Of a stretch of 64,000 bases of DNA, positions 53,719 to 63,540 are shown one piece after another (position 1 is the first letter of the stretch; every line of letters begins with the position of its first letter). Origin of the DNA: Planctomycetota bacterium (GTDB lineage: Bacteria > Planctomycetota > UBA1135); contig JBMYYH010000002.1 in NCBI GenBank assembly GCA_049609225.1, forward strand, positions 3,368-67,367, given 5' to 3'. The translations under genes were made by a program, and so were the position numbers. The notes beneath the pieces were generated by a model, which was given only the letters and a program-made list of their open reading frames with translations, ran no database searches and was not told the origin of the DNA.

Positions 53719-54963
53719 TTACTCCGGCCAATCCAAATGCCGCAGCCGTGTGATGGCGCGCCAAACGGTGGATTGGCTCATGGAAATTTGGAATAACTGC
53801 ATCTCTTCGCTCTCTTTCACATGAATGATGGGTGCCTCCGCTTCGGTCGTGACGTATGTGAATGGAAGCAACCTCGGAGAGGTATCGAAATCCTCACTCA
53901 TTTCCATCAGTCTGACCATCACCTGGTACGCGCCTGGCGCGGGAACTTGGAAGTCCGGACCTCCGTAATTGGAGAAGACACGTTTTCCTCGGTGACCGCT
54001 AGGTGTCGCAGGGTCACCCGCTTCAAAGTGATGAAGCAAGGTGATTTCGACGATGATGTCTTCCGGGAAGTTAGGGACTGCGTCAAAAGCGATCTCAATG
54101 GGAATGCCAGGAGTGAGGGATACTTCACGATCTCCGCGGACATCTTCCAACAGAACATCGCGGTACCCATTCATCCAAAGGATCAGGTCCACGGACTCCT
54201 CCGTGAAATAAACCGTGACCTTGCCCTCAAAAGCCCAGGCCATCTGACGCCCCAGTAGATCGACCACTGTCGTCATGGGGGCATCTTCCTCCGTTACCCC
54301 GACCAGGGTCAGAGTGGCGCTGTTGATTTCGCCCCGCAAATCGATATGCCCTAGATCCGAAGAACCTCCACCCGCATCCAATACCAGTTCCCTGGTGTAA
54401 AGAGGATGGCTGTCATGTTCGTGAAGTACCACAAGCTGATAAGTTCCCGGCTCAACCTGCTCGATCCAGAAATCATCCAAGATGGGATCGACCTGAGCAC
54501 GAGGTTGCTCAAAGGAAAGTAACTCACCCTCGCCCTGCATAAGTACCACGAGAAAATACCCAGGGATGGCATCCGTGTCCCAACTCAACTTTCCGGTGAG
54601 TTTCCACGCCGGCTCAAGGATCACCTCCACTCCTGGATCCCCACGCTGCACCGGAATGCGCCCAATGCCTGAATACCCATCATCCACCACAACTCGCAGA
54701 TTCCCATCCACGTCCGGATCTTCGATCAAGAACCTGCCGTCGGCCTGGGTCGTTGCGGAGGCATCGCGCAGGTCTTCCCAGCGCATGGACACAGGGAACA
54801 TCTCTTCCCCATATTCCTTCTCCAAGTGCACCTCCGCACCTGCAATCGGCTTCCCATTCTCATCCAATACCACTCCCGTGATGGGGCCAGGCGCCCCGAA
54901 CCACCAGATGCCGGCGCCGATCGCTCCCACTACCAGAGCAAGCAAAACCCATAAACGAATCAT
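53719..54963 (-). CDS. Membrane-anchored protein with beta-sandwich repeats, MxR(I/L)W family, 414 aa
   Basis: MIRLWVLLALVVGAIGAGIWWF. ITGVVLDENGKPIAGAEVHL and SDLGHIDLRGEI. Colinear with the downstream 416-aa paralogue. Confidence 0.65.
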   Translation of the reverse strand: MIRLWVLLALVVGAIGAGIWWFGAPGPITGVVLDENGKPIAGAEVHLEKEYGEEMFPVSMRWEDLRDASATTQADGRFLIEDPDVDGNLRVVVDDGYSGIGRIPVQRGDPGVEVILEPAWKLTGKLSWDTDAIPGYFLVVLMQGEGELLSFEQPRAQVDPILDDFWIEQVEPGTYQLVVLHEHDSHPLYTRELVLDAGGGSSDLGHIDLRGEINSATLTLVGVTEEDAPMTTVVDLLGRQMAWAFEGKVTVYFTEESVDLILWMNGYRDVLLEDVRGDREVSLTPGIPIEIAFDAVPNFPEDIIVEITLLHHFEAGDPATPSGHRGKRVFSNYGGPDFQVPAPGAYQVMVRLMEMSEDFDTSPRLLPFTYVTTEAEAPIIHVKESEEMQLFQISMSQSTVWRAITRLRHLDWPE

Positions 54964-54994
54964 CCTCCCAGTCTATCGCTAGACGGGGAGGATG
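54961..54994 (-). promoter_or_regulatory. Extended hairpin that sequesters the GGGAGG-ATG start region of the 414-aa gene
   Basis: On the transcribed strand: CAUCCUCCC C GUCUA GCGA UAGAC U GGGAGGAUG. That is 9 bp, one mismatch, 5 bp and a GNRA tetraloop. The 3-prime arm holds the SD-like GGGAGG and the AUG (54963-54961). Confidence 0.45.
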
Positions 54995-55015
54995 GTGCGG
55001 CGGAAACGCCGAAGC

Positions 55016-55501
55016 CTACATATGCTTCAGATCCCAGTCGTAATCGATCTCATCGGAGAACGGATCGATACGATCCATCTCCGGAGCACCGTGCGGCTGG
55101 TCCGAGCAGTTACAGGTAAGAGCAGGCTTAGTGCCGTAGGTCTTGTAGCCGTTGGCCACGCCGACCGGAATGCGGATGAGGTTGTAGTTATCCTCGCCGA
55201 GGAAGTGCTCCTCGATCACACCCTTGGAAGGCGAATCCTCACGCAGATCGCACAACACCAACTTGATCATGCCTTGGATCACGGCGTAGTGCTGGGTCTG
55301 CTCGCGATGGATGTGCCAGCCCTTGATCGCGCCAGGCATCGACTGCGAGAAGTAGACCTCACCGAACTTGACGAAGATCGGGCTGTCGCAGCGGAACATG
55401 TGCATGATCATGCCGCGCTCATCACAGATCTTGCGCAGTGGCTGGACATAGACTCCTTCGATCTTGGAGCCTTGGGTGAGTTTCATGACGTCTTCAGTCA
55501 T
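55016..55501 (-). CDS. RmlC-like cupin, dTDP/CDP-4-dehydro-6-deoxysugar 3,5-epimerase family (short form)
   Basis: 161 aa. ...DERGMIMHMFR...GEVYFSQSMPGAIKGWHIHREQTQHYAVIQGMIKLVLCD... matches the RmlC fold pattern. Confidence 0.7.
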   Translation of the reverse strand: MTEDVMKLTQGSKIEGVYVQPLRKICDERGMIMHMFRCDSPIFVKFGEVYFSQSMPGAIKGWHIHREQTQHYAVIQGMIKLVLCDLREDSPSKGVIEEHFLGEDNYNLIRIPVGVANGYKTYGTKPALTCNCSDQPHGAPEMDRIDPFSDEIDYDWDLKHM

Positions 55502-55504
55502 CGC

Positions 55505-56539
55505 TCAGTCTTTCTTGGAGAGTTCGGTGAAGTATTCAGGCAAGGCGCCATCGGCCATCTTGCCTTGGAGGGTGATCAGGCGGGTGTAGCGCCCGTTCTC
55601 GAATTCCGAGGAGAAGCCATCACGCTCCTTGTACTCGGTGTACATGACCGGCACCGCCGAACGGACCGACCACTCGAGCTTGAACTCGGGCAGCTTTTGG
55701 TTCAGCAGGTCGAAGGACACGCGGTAGTTGCGCGGATCCGGCACCGCCTGGTCGGCGATGGTGATCTCGGAACCTTCCACATTCTTGTGGACGATCTCGG
55801 CGACCTCGCAGATCTGGTAGTTGTCCTCGTTGCCACCGACGTTCACGGCCAGGCCGCGCACATCTTCGATCGGGGCTTCGCTCAGGGCCAGGAAGGCACG
55901 CGCGATATCGCGGCAGTGCACAAGCGGGCGCCAGGAGGTTCCATCCGACATCAACTTCACCTCGTTGATGCTCACCGCGAAGGCCAACAGGTTGTTGACA
56001 GCCAGGTCGGTGCGCAGGCGCGGGCTCTGACCGTAGGCGGTGGAGTTGCGCAGGTAGGTGATGGCGAAATCATCGCTTTCGAGCTCCTTCAGCTCGGCTT
56101 CCGCATTCACCTTGGACTCGGCGTAGGCCGAAACCGGAGTGAACTCGGCGCTCTCATCGAGGATCTTGTCGCCGGCGGCGCCGTAGATCGAGCAGGAGCT
56201 GGCGAACAGGAAGCGGGGGACTCCAGCTTCTTTGGCCGCCCGCGCCACATGCATGGTGCCACCCGTGTTGATGTGGTGGGTGATGCGCGGATCGAGATCG
56301 CCCATCGGGTCGTTGGAGATGGCAGCGAGGTGCACCACCGCATCGACACCTTTCAGCATCTCAGGAGTGATGTCGAAGACATCCAAGGTGAGGTCTTCGT
56401 TGGCGACTGCAGGAGTGCCGAACTCGACTCCATCGTAGAGGCCAATATCCACACCCATGACGGTGTGGCCGGCGGCCTGGTAAACGTCGATGGCGTGAGC
56501 GCCGATGTAGCCGCGATGGCCTGTGATGAGGACTTTCAT
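55505..56539 (-). CDS. NAD-dependent sugar epimerase/dehydratase (extended SDR)
   Basis: MKVLITGHRGYIGAH Rossmann motif and YAESK (YxxxK). Start set at ATG 56539, not the 22-codon upstream extension. Confidence 0.8.
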   Translation of the reverse strand: MKVLITGHRGYIGAHAIDVYQAAGHTVMGVDIGLYDGVEFGTPAVANEDLTLDVFDITPEMLKGVDAVVHLAAISNDPMGDLDPRITHHINTGGTMHVARAAKEAGVPRFLFASSCSIYGAAGDKILDESAEFTPVSAYAESKVNAEAELKELESDDFAITYLRNSTAYGQSPRLRTDLAVNNLLAFAVSINEVKLMSDGTSWRPLVHCRDIARAFLALSEAPIEDVRGLAVNVGGNEDNYQICEVAEIVHKNVEGSEITIADQAVPDPRNYRVSFDLLNQKLPEFKLEWSVRSAVPVMYTEYKERDGFSSEFENGRYTRLITLQGKMADGALPEYFTELSKKD

Positions 56540-56640
56540 GATCGAATCTGAAGGGGGAGACTCTGACGGGGGAAGTGCAGATTCTAACCTCTCTTTTTCG
56601 GCCAACTCCGGCTTCCAGGTTAGGATTCCGGCTACCTAAT

Positions 56641-58449
56641 ATGCCGGATACGACCCCTTCCAACGACCGAAATCAGGCCCTGCAGAGCCTCTTGGATGCC
56701 GCCCGACGCAATCCAGACACTCAAGTCGGCCCATACCTGCTCTTGGAGCGCGTGGGAGGGTCCGGCATCACCGAGGTTTACCGCGCCTATGATCCCAAGC
56801 AGGAGCGTCTCGTCGCGGTGAAGCGGATCGCGGTCCGGCATCTTTCACCGGACCAGGTCGAGGACCTCCAAGACTCTTGTGCCTTCCTGGAGCAACGCGC
56901 CGTCCCGGGATTGGTGCGGATCTACAGCCATGGCATGGCGGGCGACCGCTATTACGTCGCGATGGAGTGGATGAGCGGCGGCACGCTGGCGCAAAGCGGA
57001 TTGCTGGGCACCCTCGATGAAGATGAAATCTTCGCTCTGGCGAAGACCCTGAGCATCGGCCTTGGCCATCTCCACGAGCATCGGTTGTGGCACTTGTCGA
57101 TTGAGCCCAACAGCCTGCTGGTCGACGGCAAGGATGTCCGCATCCCAAGCCTCGAAACCATCCTGCGCAAGATTCCGGCTAAGCGTGGGGGGCCGATTCC
57201 TGCCAAGCCCTCGGCCCTGTCGGCACCGGAATATGCGGAAGGCTCGCGGCATTCCATCGATCATCGCGCCGACATCTTCGGACTGGCCTACACGCTGCAG
57301 GCTTTGGTGCGCGAAGAGTCCATGGGACCATCCTTGCGCGCTGCCTTAGGTCGGGCGCAAAGAATGGAGCCGCGGAAGCGTCCCGACAACATGGAGGCCT
57401 TTCGGAAGCTGCTATTTCAGAACACCGGTGCGGCCGACCGCGACTCCCATTTGGAGCGTCAAGGGAAGGCATTCGGACTCCTGTTTGCGGGCGCGACCAT
57501 GCTGGCCCTATGGCGCAGCCAGTGCTGGGGGCCACTGGAGGAGCCCAATGGAGAGACCTATCTCGGAACGCTTCTTGCCAAGGGATCCTATGCGCAAGTC
57601 TTAGAGACCTTGGAGCACGAAGACCTGTCCATGGTTCTCGGGCCCAGTCTTCAGACCGAGTACCGCCAGCGTGCAGAGCTTGGCATCTTTCTTCAATCCT
57701 TCGGCTTCCATCCGATGGTCGCGGAAGAATCCCTGCAACTTCAAGGCAGCAAGGCATCGATTCACGGCCAGTCCATCGAGTTTGCCACGATCGATCTGCT
57801 GCAACGGATCGCTCTTGGCGTGCGCCGCGACATCGTCGCTGATATCGATTTGCTGCAACGGAAATACCCGAAGCATATTGAGCCGCAGCTTCTCGCCTTT
57901 CTCTACACCCTGAATTATGGTGCGGCGGAAGACATCACCCTGCTATTGGAGCAACCACCGCAGGCTGGGCGTCATCCGAGTATTCCGGGATTGTTGGCGC
58001 TTGCGTATCTCGCTGGAGACCGCCCCGAGCATGCGTTGCAGACCTTGCTTACCGAAGCCGAGTTCTACCCATACTTCTTGATCGACGTCGGCATGTTGCA
58101 GTTGCGTCAGGGGCATCATCAAAATGCGTTGGATACCTTGGAGCGTGCGCTGCTTCAGTATCCGGATTCGCCCAGCGCGCAACATCATCGTGCGCTCGCG
58201 CGAATCGCCCTGGATCAGGCGGAGCTGGCCGCCGCGGATCTTCTTGCTTGGGCGCAACGCGTCGATCGGGGTGAAACCGACGAGGAACTGTTGTGGGATC
58301 CCGAACCCCGCGAAGGTGAGGAAGCCTACTTACGTGGGAGTGCGGTCTATCAATGGCCATCCAAGGCCATCCTGCGTGACGACCCCGGTTTGGCTCCTTT
58401 ATGGGAAACCACCTCCGGCGCCGCCTTGTTGCAGTTGCTTGGTTCCTAA
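56641..58449 (+). CDS. Ser/Thr-kinase-like protein predicted to be catalytically dead (pseudokinase), with TM and TPR-like C-terminal region
   Basis: G-loop-like VGGSGITEVY and VAVK Lys are present. The HRD position reads WHLSIEPNS and the DFG position reads RIPSLE. SAPEY and DIFGLAYTL are retained. TM GLLFAGATMLALW. Confidence 0.7.
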   Translation: MPDTTPSNDRNQALQSLLDAARRNPDTQVGPYLLLERVGGSGITEVYRAYDPKQERLVAVKRIAVRHLSPDQVEDLQDSCAFLEQRAVPGLVRIYSHGMAGDRYYVAMEWMSGGTLAQSGLLGTLDEDEIFALAKTLSIGLGHLHEHRLWHLSIEPNSLLVDGKDVRIPSLETILRKIPAKRGGPIPAKPSALSAPEYAEGSRHSIDHRADIFGLAYTLQALVREESMGPSLRAALGRAQRMEPRKRPDNMEAFRKLLFQNTGAADRDSHLERQGKAFGLLFAGATMLALWRSQCWGPLEEPNGETYLGTLLAKGSYAQVLETLEHEDLSMVLGPSLQTEYRQRAELGIFLQSFGFHPMVAEESLQLQGSKASIHGQSIEFATIDLLQRIALGVRRDIVADIDLLQRKYPKHIEPQLLAFLYTLNYGAAEDITLLLEQPPQAGRHPSIPGLLALAYLAGDRPEHALQTLLTEAEFYPYFLIDVGMLQLRQGHHQNALDTLERALLQYPDSPSAQHHRALARIALDQAELAAADLLAWAQRVDRGETDEELLWDPEPREGEEAYLRGSAVYQWPSKAILRDDPGLAPLWETTSGAALLQLLGS

Positions 58450-58458
58450 GACGCAGGC

Positions 58459-60921
58459 CTACATCGGTGCAGTCGTCACATCGCCCGCCTTCCAGCGGTC
58501 GAGCGTTTCGGCCAACAGGCTGGCGCGCACCGGCTTAGCCATGTAATCGTCCATGCCACTATGCAGACATAGCTCACGCGTGCTCAATCGCGCGTTCGCA
58601 GTCATCGCAATCACGATCGTATGCGCGCCCGACTGAGCTTCGCGCACACGAATCAAGCGCGTCGCCTCATAGCCGTCCATGTGCGGCATTTGGCAATCCA
58701 TGAAGACCAGGTCATAACCGCCGGCCATGACTTTTTCGACGGCATCCTGTCCATTGTCGACGCGATCCACATGGCAACCCAAACGTTCGAGGAGTTTGGC
58801 CAAGACCTTCTGGTTGACGGGATCGTCTTCCGCGATCAAGACCTTCAAGCCGTCGCTCGGTTCGGTGGCGGAGTCCTGGTCGGCCGCACGTCGGGCGAAC
58901 AGGGGGGAGCGGGCGATGCCATGCGCTTCGAGCAGGGCATTATGCAGGCCTGAATGGCGCAAGGGGCTCTGCAGGCGATAGTCCCAGGGCTCTTCTCCTT
59001 GTGCCGAACCTGGCGTCGGTGGTTCGAGGCCGGTGATGAGCAGGAGCTTCAACTGATCGCCTTTTTCCGTCGCACGAATCTGACGACAGAGTTCCTTGCC
59101 GGACTGACCTTCCAGTTCATCATCCATCAGGACCAAGTCGAAGGCCGTGTCGAGCAGCAAGGATGCGCGTACTTCACGCAAGGCATCCCATCCGTCCGAC
59201 GCCGTCGTCACGCGGAATCCCCATGCCGCAAGTTGACGCTGCAGATGCTCCGTCCGCATCGGGCTACTCGCCGCCAACAGCAGACGTCGTCCCTGCCACT
59301 CTTCCACCACACGTGCCCCGCGACGATCCTCGGTGTCCTTTCCGACGCGTACCGTGAAGCAGAAGGACGTGCCTTCTCCGAGTTGGCTCTCGACCCAGAT
59401 CGATCCACCCATCAGGCGCACGATCTGACGCGTGACCGCCAATCCCAGGCCGTTGCCGCCGAACTCATGGCCATCTTCCTGACCTGGTTGCGAGAAGGAC
59501 CGCAGAATGCGCACACGCTTGTCTTCCGGCATGCCGGCGCCGGTATCCCGCACGTGAAAGCGCAGTACCACTTCATTCAGTTCCACTTCCACCAGCTCGA
59601 GCACCACATTCACCTCGCCATCGCGGGTGTGACGTAATGCATTCGCTGCCAGCTTGACCAGGATCTGACGCAACCGCCCGGCATCTCCAAGCACGCGGTT
59701 CGGCACTTCCGGTGCGACGAAACCGGACAAACGCACATTGTGCTGTTTGGCCTGTGTCGTCAGCAGTTCCAGGATCCCGTCCATCAGACGCCTTGGCTCC
59801 AGCAGTTTGCTTTCCAACTCCACCGAACCCGATTCCAAGCGCGAGAAGTCCTGGACATCTTCCACCAAGGCCAACACTGCACCCGCCGATCCGGAAATGG
59901 TTTCCGCGGCATCGCGTTGGGTGGTGTTCAATCCGGAAGTCAACAGCAGGTCGGTCATGCCGAGCACCCCGGTCATCGGAGTGCGGATTTCCTGCGTGAT
60001 CGCGGAGAGGAAATCGCTCTTGGACCGCGTCGCGATCTGGGCATCCCGACGTGCATCCTCAAAGCGCGTGCGCATCTCCCGTTCCTTCTGGAACATCAAG
60101 TAGAGCTCCGCCAACAGGCCACTCACCGGTACGAAGTAGGCCAAAGCCTTCATGACATGCGCCACATTGAAGCCGGCATCGTGCAGGCCACTGGAACCGA
60201 AGGCCATGTAGAGTTGCGTCGCGCATTGCGGGATCATCGACAGGATCAGTGCAAGCGCGAAGGGCGTGGGGTTGTGGCGATAATAAGCCGGGAACACCAG
60301 GCCGCCGCAGAGCAAGAAGATGCCAAGCGGATAGAGGTCCAAAGGTCTCTTGACCAGATTCTCCGCGTAGATGGTGCGCGGCAATCCCTCTGCCGTCGCG
60401 CAATAGTCCATCAGGAACAAGGCCGAGCCCATGAATACGGCAGCGATGCCGAACAGCGTGATGCTGCGCATCTTGCTACCTCGGTCCTTCCACAAGACGA
60501 ACAATCCCACACCACAAAGTGAGATCAGTCCCGCGAACAAACGACTACCGGCCCAGGTATACGGAATGAAACCATCGAGATCCGTCACGCTCGCGACCAG
60601 GCCACTGGCGGCAAGGGTGTGGAAGATGTCCATACCGGCGGCGCCGAGCACCGCCAAACCAATGACGGGCAAGGAAGGCTCGTCGGTCAGGCGGTATTGC
60701 AGGAAAGCCAAGAGGCCTACGATCACTGCAGCACAGACCCCGGTCCATTCCAGGAGGCTGTGGATCATGCTCTCGCCTTCGCCGCCCGTTGGGCTGGAGA
60801 AGTCGAAGCCGAGCATCATCAAGGCGGCAGGCGCGAAGCACACGGCTGCCAGCCACTTGCCGTAAGTCGTCACGGCAGGCCAGGGGCTGGAAGCGAGCTG
60901 AATGTCGCTGGAGGTTGTCAT
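58459..60921 (-). CDS. Hybrid sensor histidine-kinase-like protein / response regulator lacking the canonical phospho-His
   Basis: About 8 TM. The DHp H-box reads FLSAITQEIRTPMTG (Gln codon CAG at 59992-59994). N/G boxes NALRHT, DTGAGM and GGNGLGLAV. Degenerate middle receiver, then canonical receiver VLIAEDDPVNQ...[18 protein letters not shown]...AKP. Confidence 0.85.
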   Translation of the reverse strand: MTTSSDIQLASSPWPAVTTYGKWLAAVCFAPAALMMLGFDFSSPTGGEGESMIHSLLEWTGVCAAVIVGLLAFLQYRLTDEPSLPVIGLAVLGAAGMDIFHTLAASGLVASVTDLDGFIPYTWAGSRLFAGLISLCGVGLFVLWKDRGSKMRSITLFGIAAVFMGSALFLMDYCATAEGLPRTIYAENLVKRPLDLYPLGIFLLCGGLVFPAYYRHNPTPFALALILSMIPQCATQLYMAFGSSGLHDAGFNVAHVMKALAYFVPVSGLLAELYLMFQKEREMRTRFEDARRDAQIATRSKSDFLSAITQEIRTPMTGVLGMTDLLLTSGLNTTQRDAAETISGSAGAVLALVEDVQDFSRLESGSVELESKLLEPRRLMDGILELLTTQAKQHNVRLSGFVAPEVPNRVLGDAGRLRQILVKLAANALRHTRDGEVNVVLELVEVELNEVVLRFHVRDTGAGMPEDKRVRILRSFSQPGQEDGHEFGGNGLGLAVTRQIVRLMGGSIWVESQLGEGTSFCFTVRVGKDTEDRRGARVVEEWQGRRLLLAASSPMRTEHLQRQLAAWGFRVTTASDGWDALREVRASLLLDTAFDLVLMDDELEGQSGKELCRQIRATEKGDQLKLLLITGLEPPTPGSAQGEEPWDYRLQSPLRHSGLHNALLEAHGIARSPLFARRAADQDSATEPSDGLKVLIAEDDPVNQKVLAKLLERLGCHVDRVDNGQDAVEKVMAGGYDLVFMDCQMPHMDGYEATRLIRVREAQSGAHTIVIAMTANARLSTRELCLHSGMDDYMAKPVRASLLAETLDRWKAGDVTTAPM

Positions 60922-60969
60922 CGGTGCCTAGGTTGAGGGGATTCGGAATCGAAGTGGGAGCTACTGCAG

Positions 60970-63456
60970 CTATGTCACGGCTGCAGGTGGTAGCCATTCG
61001 CGGAAGACCTTGTGGATGTCATCCATAGAGAATGGTTTGGCGATGTAGTCATCCATGCCGGCAGCGAGGCATGCCTCACGGTCGCCGACCATGGCGTTCG
61101 CGGTCATCGCAATGATGGGGGTGTGCTCACCCTCACCTTCAGACTGACGCAGGACCTCGGTGGCTTCGTAGCCATCCATCTCCGGCATCTGGCAGTCCAT
61201 GAACACGAGGTCGTAATGGCCCTTCTGGAACATCTCGACGGCGATCTGTCCGTTGCCCGCGACCTCGACCACGCAGCCGACCTTCTCCAGGTGCTTGACC
61301 GCGACCTTCTGGTTGACCAGGTTGTCTTCGGCGAGCAGGATGCGCACTCCATCGCAGTGGATCTCGTCGGTCTCGGGTTGATCGATGGGGGCATCCGCGT
61401 TTTCCTGCGGACCAGCCATGTCTTCGGGAGCGATCTCTTCAATCCCAAGAGTGCTGCAGACCGCGTGGCGCAGCATGTTCTTCTTGATGGGCTTGCGCAG
61501 GATGCTGCGGAAGACGCCGTCGCGCAAAAGTTCACCGGGAACGCCACCTCCAATCGGAGTCATGGCGATCAGCAGCGTACCGCTTGTCGCGGGATCTTCT
61601 TCAAGAGCCTTGCAGAGTTCCTGCATCTCCTTGCCGGGAAGGGCGAGGTCGACAATCGCGACCTGGATGGGACTACCTTCCTCTTCGGCATCACGGAGGC
61701 CGTCGATAAGCTCCCATGCGTCGGCACTTTCGGCGACGCGGCAACCCCAGGAACGCAGGTGGGTGGCAAGGGATTCGCGGTTGGCGAGGTGGGCATCGGC
61801 CACCATCACGCGGGTCGCGGCAAGTGGGTCGGCGCTCGGCACCAACACACCGCTGACGCCTGCCTGTTTCGGTAGCTTCACCGTGAACCAGAAGGTCGAG
61901 CCTTCGCCTTCGATCGAATCGACGCCAATCTCACCGCCCATCAAGGTGCAAAGTTCCTTGGAGATGGCAAGGCCGAGGCCGGAGCCGCCGTACTTACGCG
62001 TGGTAGATGCGTCGACCTGCGAGAAGCTGGTGAATAGACGAGTCAGGGCGTGGGGCGGAATGCCGATGCCGGTGTCGCGCACTTCAAAGCGCAGCATCAC
62101 CGAGTGGCCATCGTCATAAACCAGGCTGCCGTGCACCGTGACTTCGCCTTCGGGCGTGAACTTCACCGCATTGCTGCCGATGTTGCGCAGGATCTGGCAC
62201 AAACGCTCCGCATCCCCGACCAACTGCGGCGGGATCTCAGGCTTCAGGCAACCCGAGAACTGCAATCCCTGCTCCGACGCCTTCAGCGCCAAGGCTTCCA
62301 TGGTCTCATCGAAGCAATGCTGCAGATCGAAGTCATGGCTTTCGATCTCTACCTTGCCGGCCTCGACGCGGGAGTAGTCGAGGATGTCATTCAGGAGTGC
62401 CAACAGGTTGTCGGCCGAAGCGCGGACGGCGCGGGTGCACTCCTTCTGCTCTTCCGTCAGATCGGTGTCGAGCAGGAGAGAACTCATGCCCACCACTCCA
62501 TTCATCGGCGTGCGGATCTCATGGCTCATGGCGGAGAGGAATTCCCCTTTGGCTTGGGAAGCCTTGTCTGCTTCCTTGCGCGCAGCCACCAACTCCACTT
62601 CTGCTTCTTGCTGACGTCCGTGCGCGGTGCGGTGCTGGATCATCAGGCCGAGGGCAGGCGTCAGATAGGCCAAGCACTTGATGGCCGAAGCACTCAAGGC
62701 GGCGACGTCGGTGGGGGCCAGTGAGCCGAACACCATGTAGAGCTGCATGGCGCCCAACGGAATCAGCGACAGCAGGAAGGCGTTGGCGAAGGGGGAGGGA
62801 TGACGTCGCACATGGAGTGGGAACACCAAGATGCCGAGTGCGGCATACAGGGCGAAGGGTGCGAGGTCGAAGGGCCGATGCAGGAGCGCATCCGCAAACT
62901 GGGTTTGGGGGAGGCCTGAAGCTCCGGCAGCGGATTGGACCAGGAAGGCGGCGGCAGCGAGCAGGATGGCTGCCACGATGGCGATCTGCGGCAGACTGAC
63001 CACCTTGCGTCCGCGGAGCCAAACCGCGAAAATACCCATGCCGATGAGCAGGATCGAGGCGTGGGCAAAACGTCCGAGGGTCCACGTGGTGGTGAGGAAA
63101 TCGGCGCTGGCTAGGTCGACGCCCTTGGAGGAGGCGGCGGCGAGGATGGGGAAGGCGTCCATCCCTGCAGCGCAAAGCAGGCCCCAAGCGAGTACCGGCA
63201 GGGCGGCTTCCCGATGCACGCGATACTGGACCAGGGCGATTCCGGCGACCATCACCGCGCAACAGGCGGCGGTCCAATCGAGTAGCGCAAGGCCCATGGC
63301 GTGCCCAGCGGTGTTCGGGACCAGGCCTGCGAGCAGCAGGACCGCGGGCAGAGCACAAATGGCCGCAAGTGTTCCTCCCCAGCGAAGAAGGAAACGACGC
63401 TCCTCCGCGGACCAGATTCCTGGTCGGGAGGGTAGACGGGAAGGCGAGCGGGCCAT
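60970..63456 (-). CDS. Hybrid sensor histidine kinase / response regulator
   Basis: About 8 TM. Canonical H-box [27 protein letters not shown] and GGSGLGLAI. Middle receiver-like domain, then C-terminal receiver [11 protein letters not shown]...[18 protein letters not shown]...AKP. Confidence 0.85.
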   Translation of the reverse strand: MARSPSRLPSRPGIWSAEERRFLLRWGGTLAAICALPAVLLLAGLVPNTAGHAMGLALLDWTAACCAVMVAGIALVQYRVHREAALPVLAWGLLCAAGMDAFPILAAASSKGVDLASADFLTTTWTLGRFAHASILLIGMGIFAVWLRGRKVVSLPQIAIVAAILLAAAAFLVQSAAGASGLPQTQFADALLHRPFDLAPFALYAALGILVFPLHVRRHPSPFANAFLLSLIPLGAMQLYMVFGSLAPTDVAALSASAIKCLAYLTPALGLMIQHRTAHGRQQEAEVELVAARKEADKASQAKGEFLSAMSHEIRTPMNGVVGMSSLLLDTDLTEEQKECTRAVRASADNLLALLNDILDYSRVEAGKVEIESHDFDLQHCFDETMEALALKASEQGLQFSGCLKPEIPPQLVGDAERLCQILRNIGSNAVKFTPEGEVTVHGSLVYDDGHSVMLRFEVRDTGIGIPPHALTRLFTSFSQVDASTTRKYGGSGLGLAISKELCTLMGGEIGVDSIEGEGSTFWFTVKLPKQAGVSGVLVPSADPLAATRVMVADAHLANRESLATHLRSWGCRVAESADAWELIDGLRDAEEEGSPIQVAIVDLALPGKEMQELCKALEEDPATSGTLLIAMTPIGGGVPGELLRDGVFRSILRKPIKKNMLRHAVCSTLGIEEIAPEDMAGPQENADAPIDQPETDEIHCDGVRILLAEDNLVNQKVAVKHLEKVGCVVEVAGNGQIAVEMFQKGHYDLVFMDCQMPEMDGYEATEVLRQSEGEGEHTPIIAMTANAMVGDREACLAAGMDDYIAKPFSMDDIHKVFREWLPPAAVT

Positions 63457-63540
63457 GAGGGCAGCCAGGAGCGACCTGGCGAGCCCTTCTCTATCGGCAT
63501 TCCTGGGATTTTCCTCCAGTACGCCGCTTTCCAGCCTCGA

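Noticed and set aside
54992-56551. 519-aa ORF on the plus strand
   Set aside because: It is antisense to the RmlC-like and epimerase genes, both of which carry clear family motifs. The composition is shadow-like.
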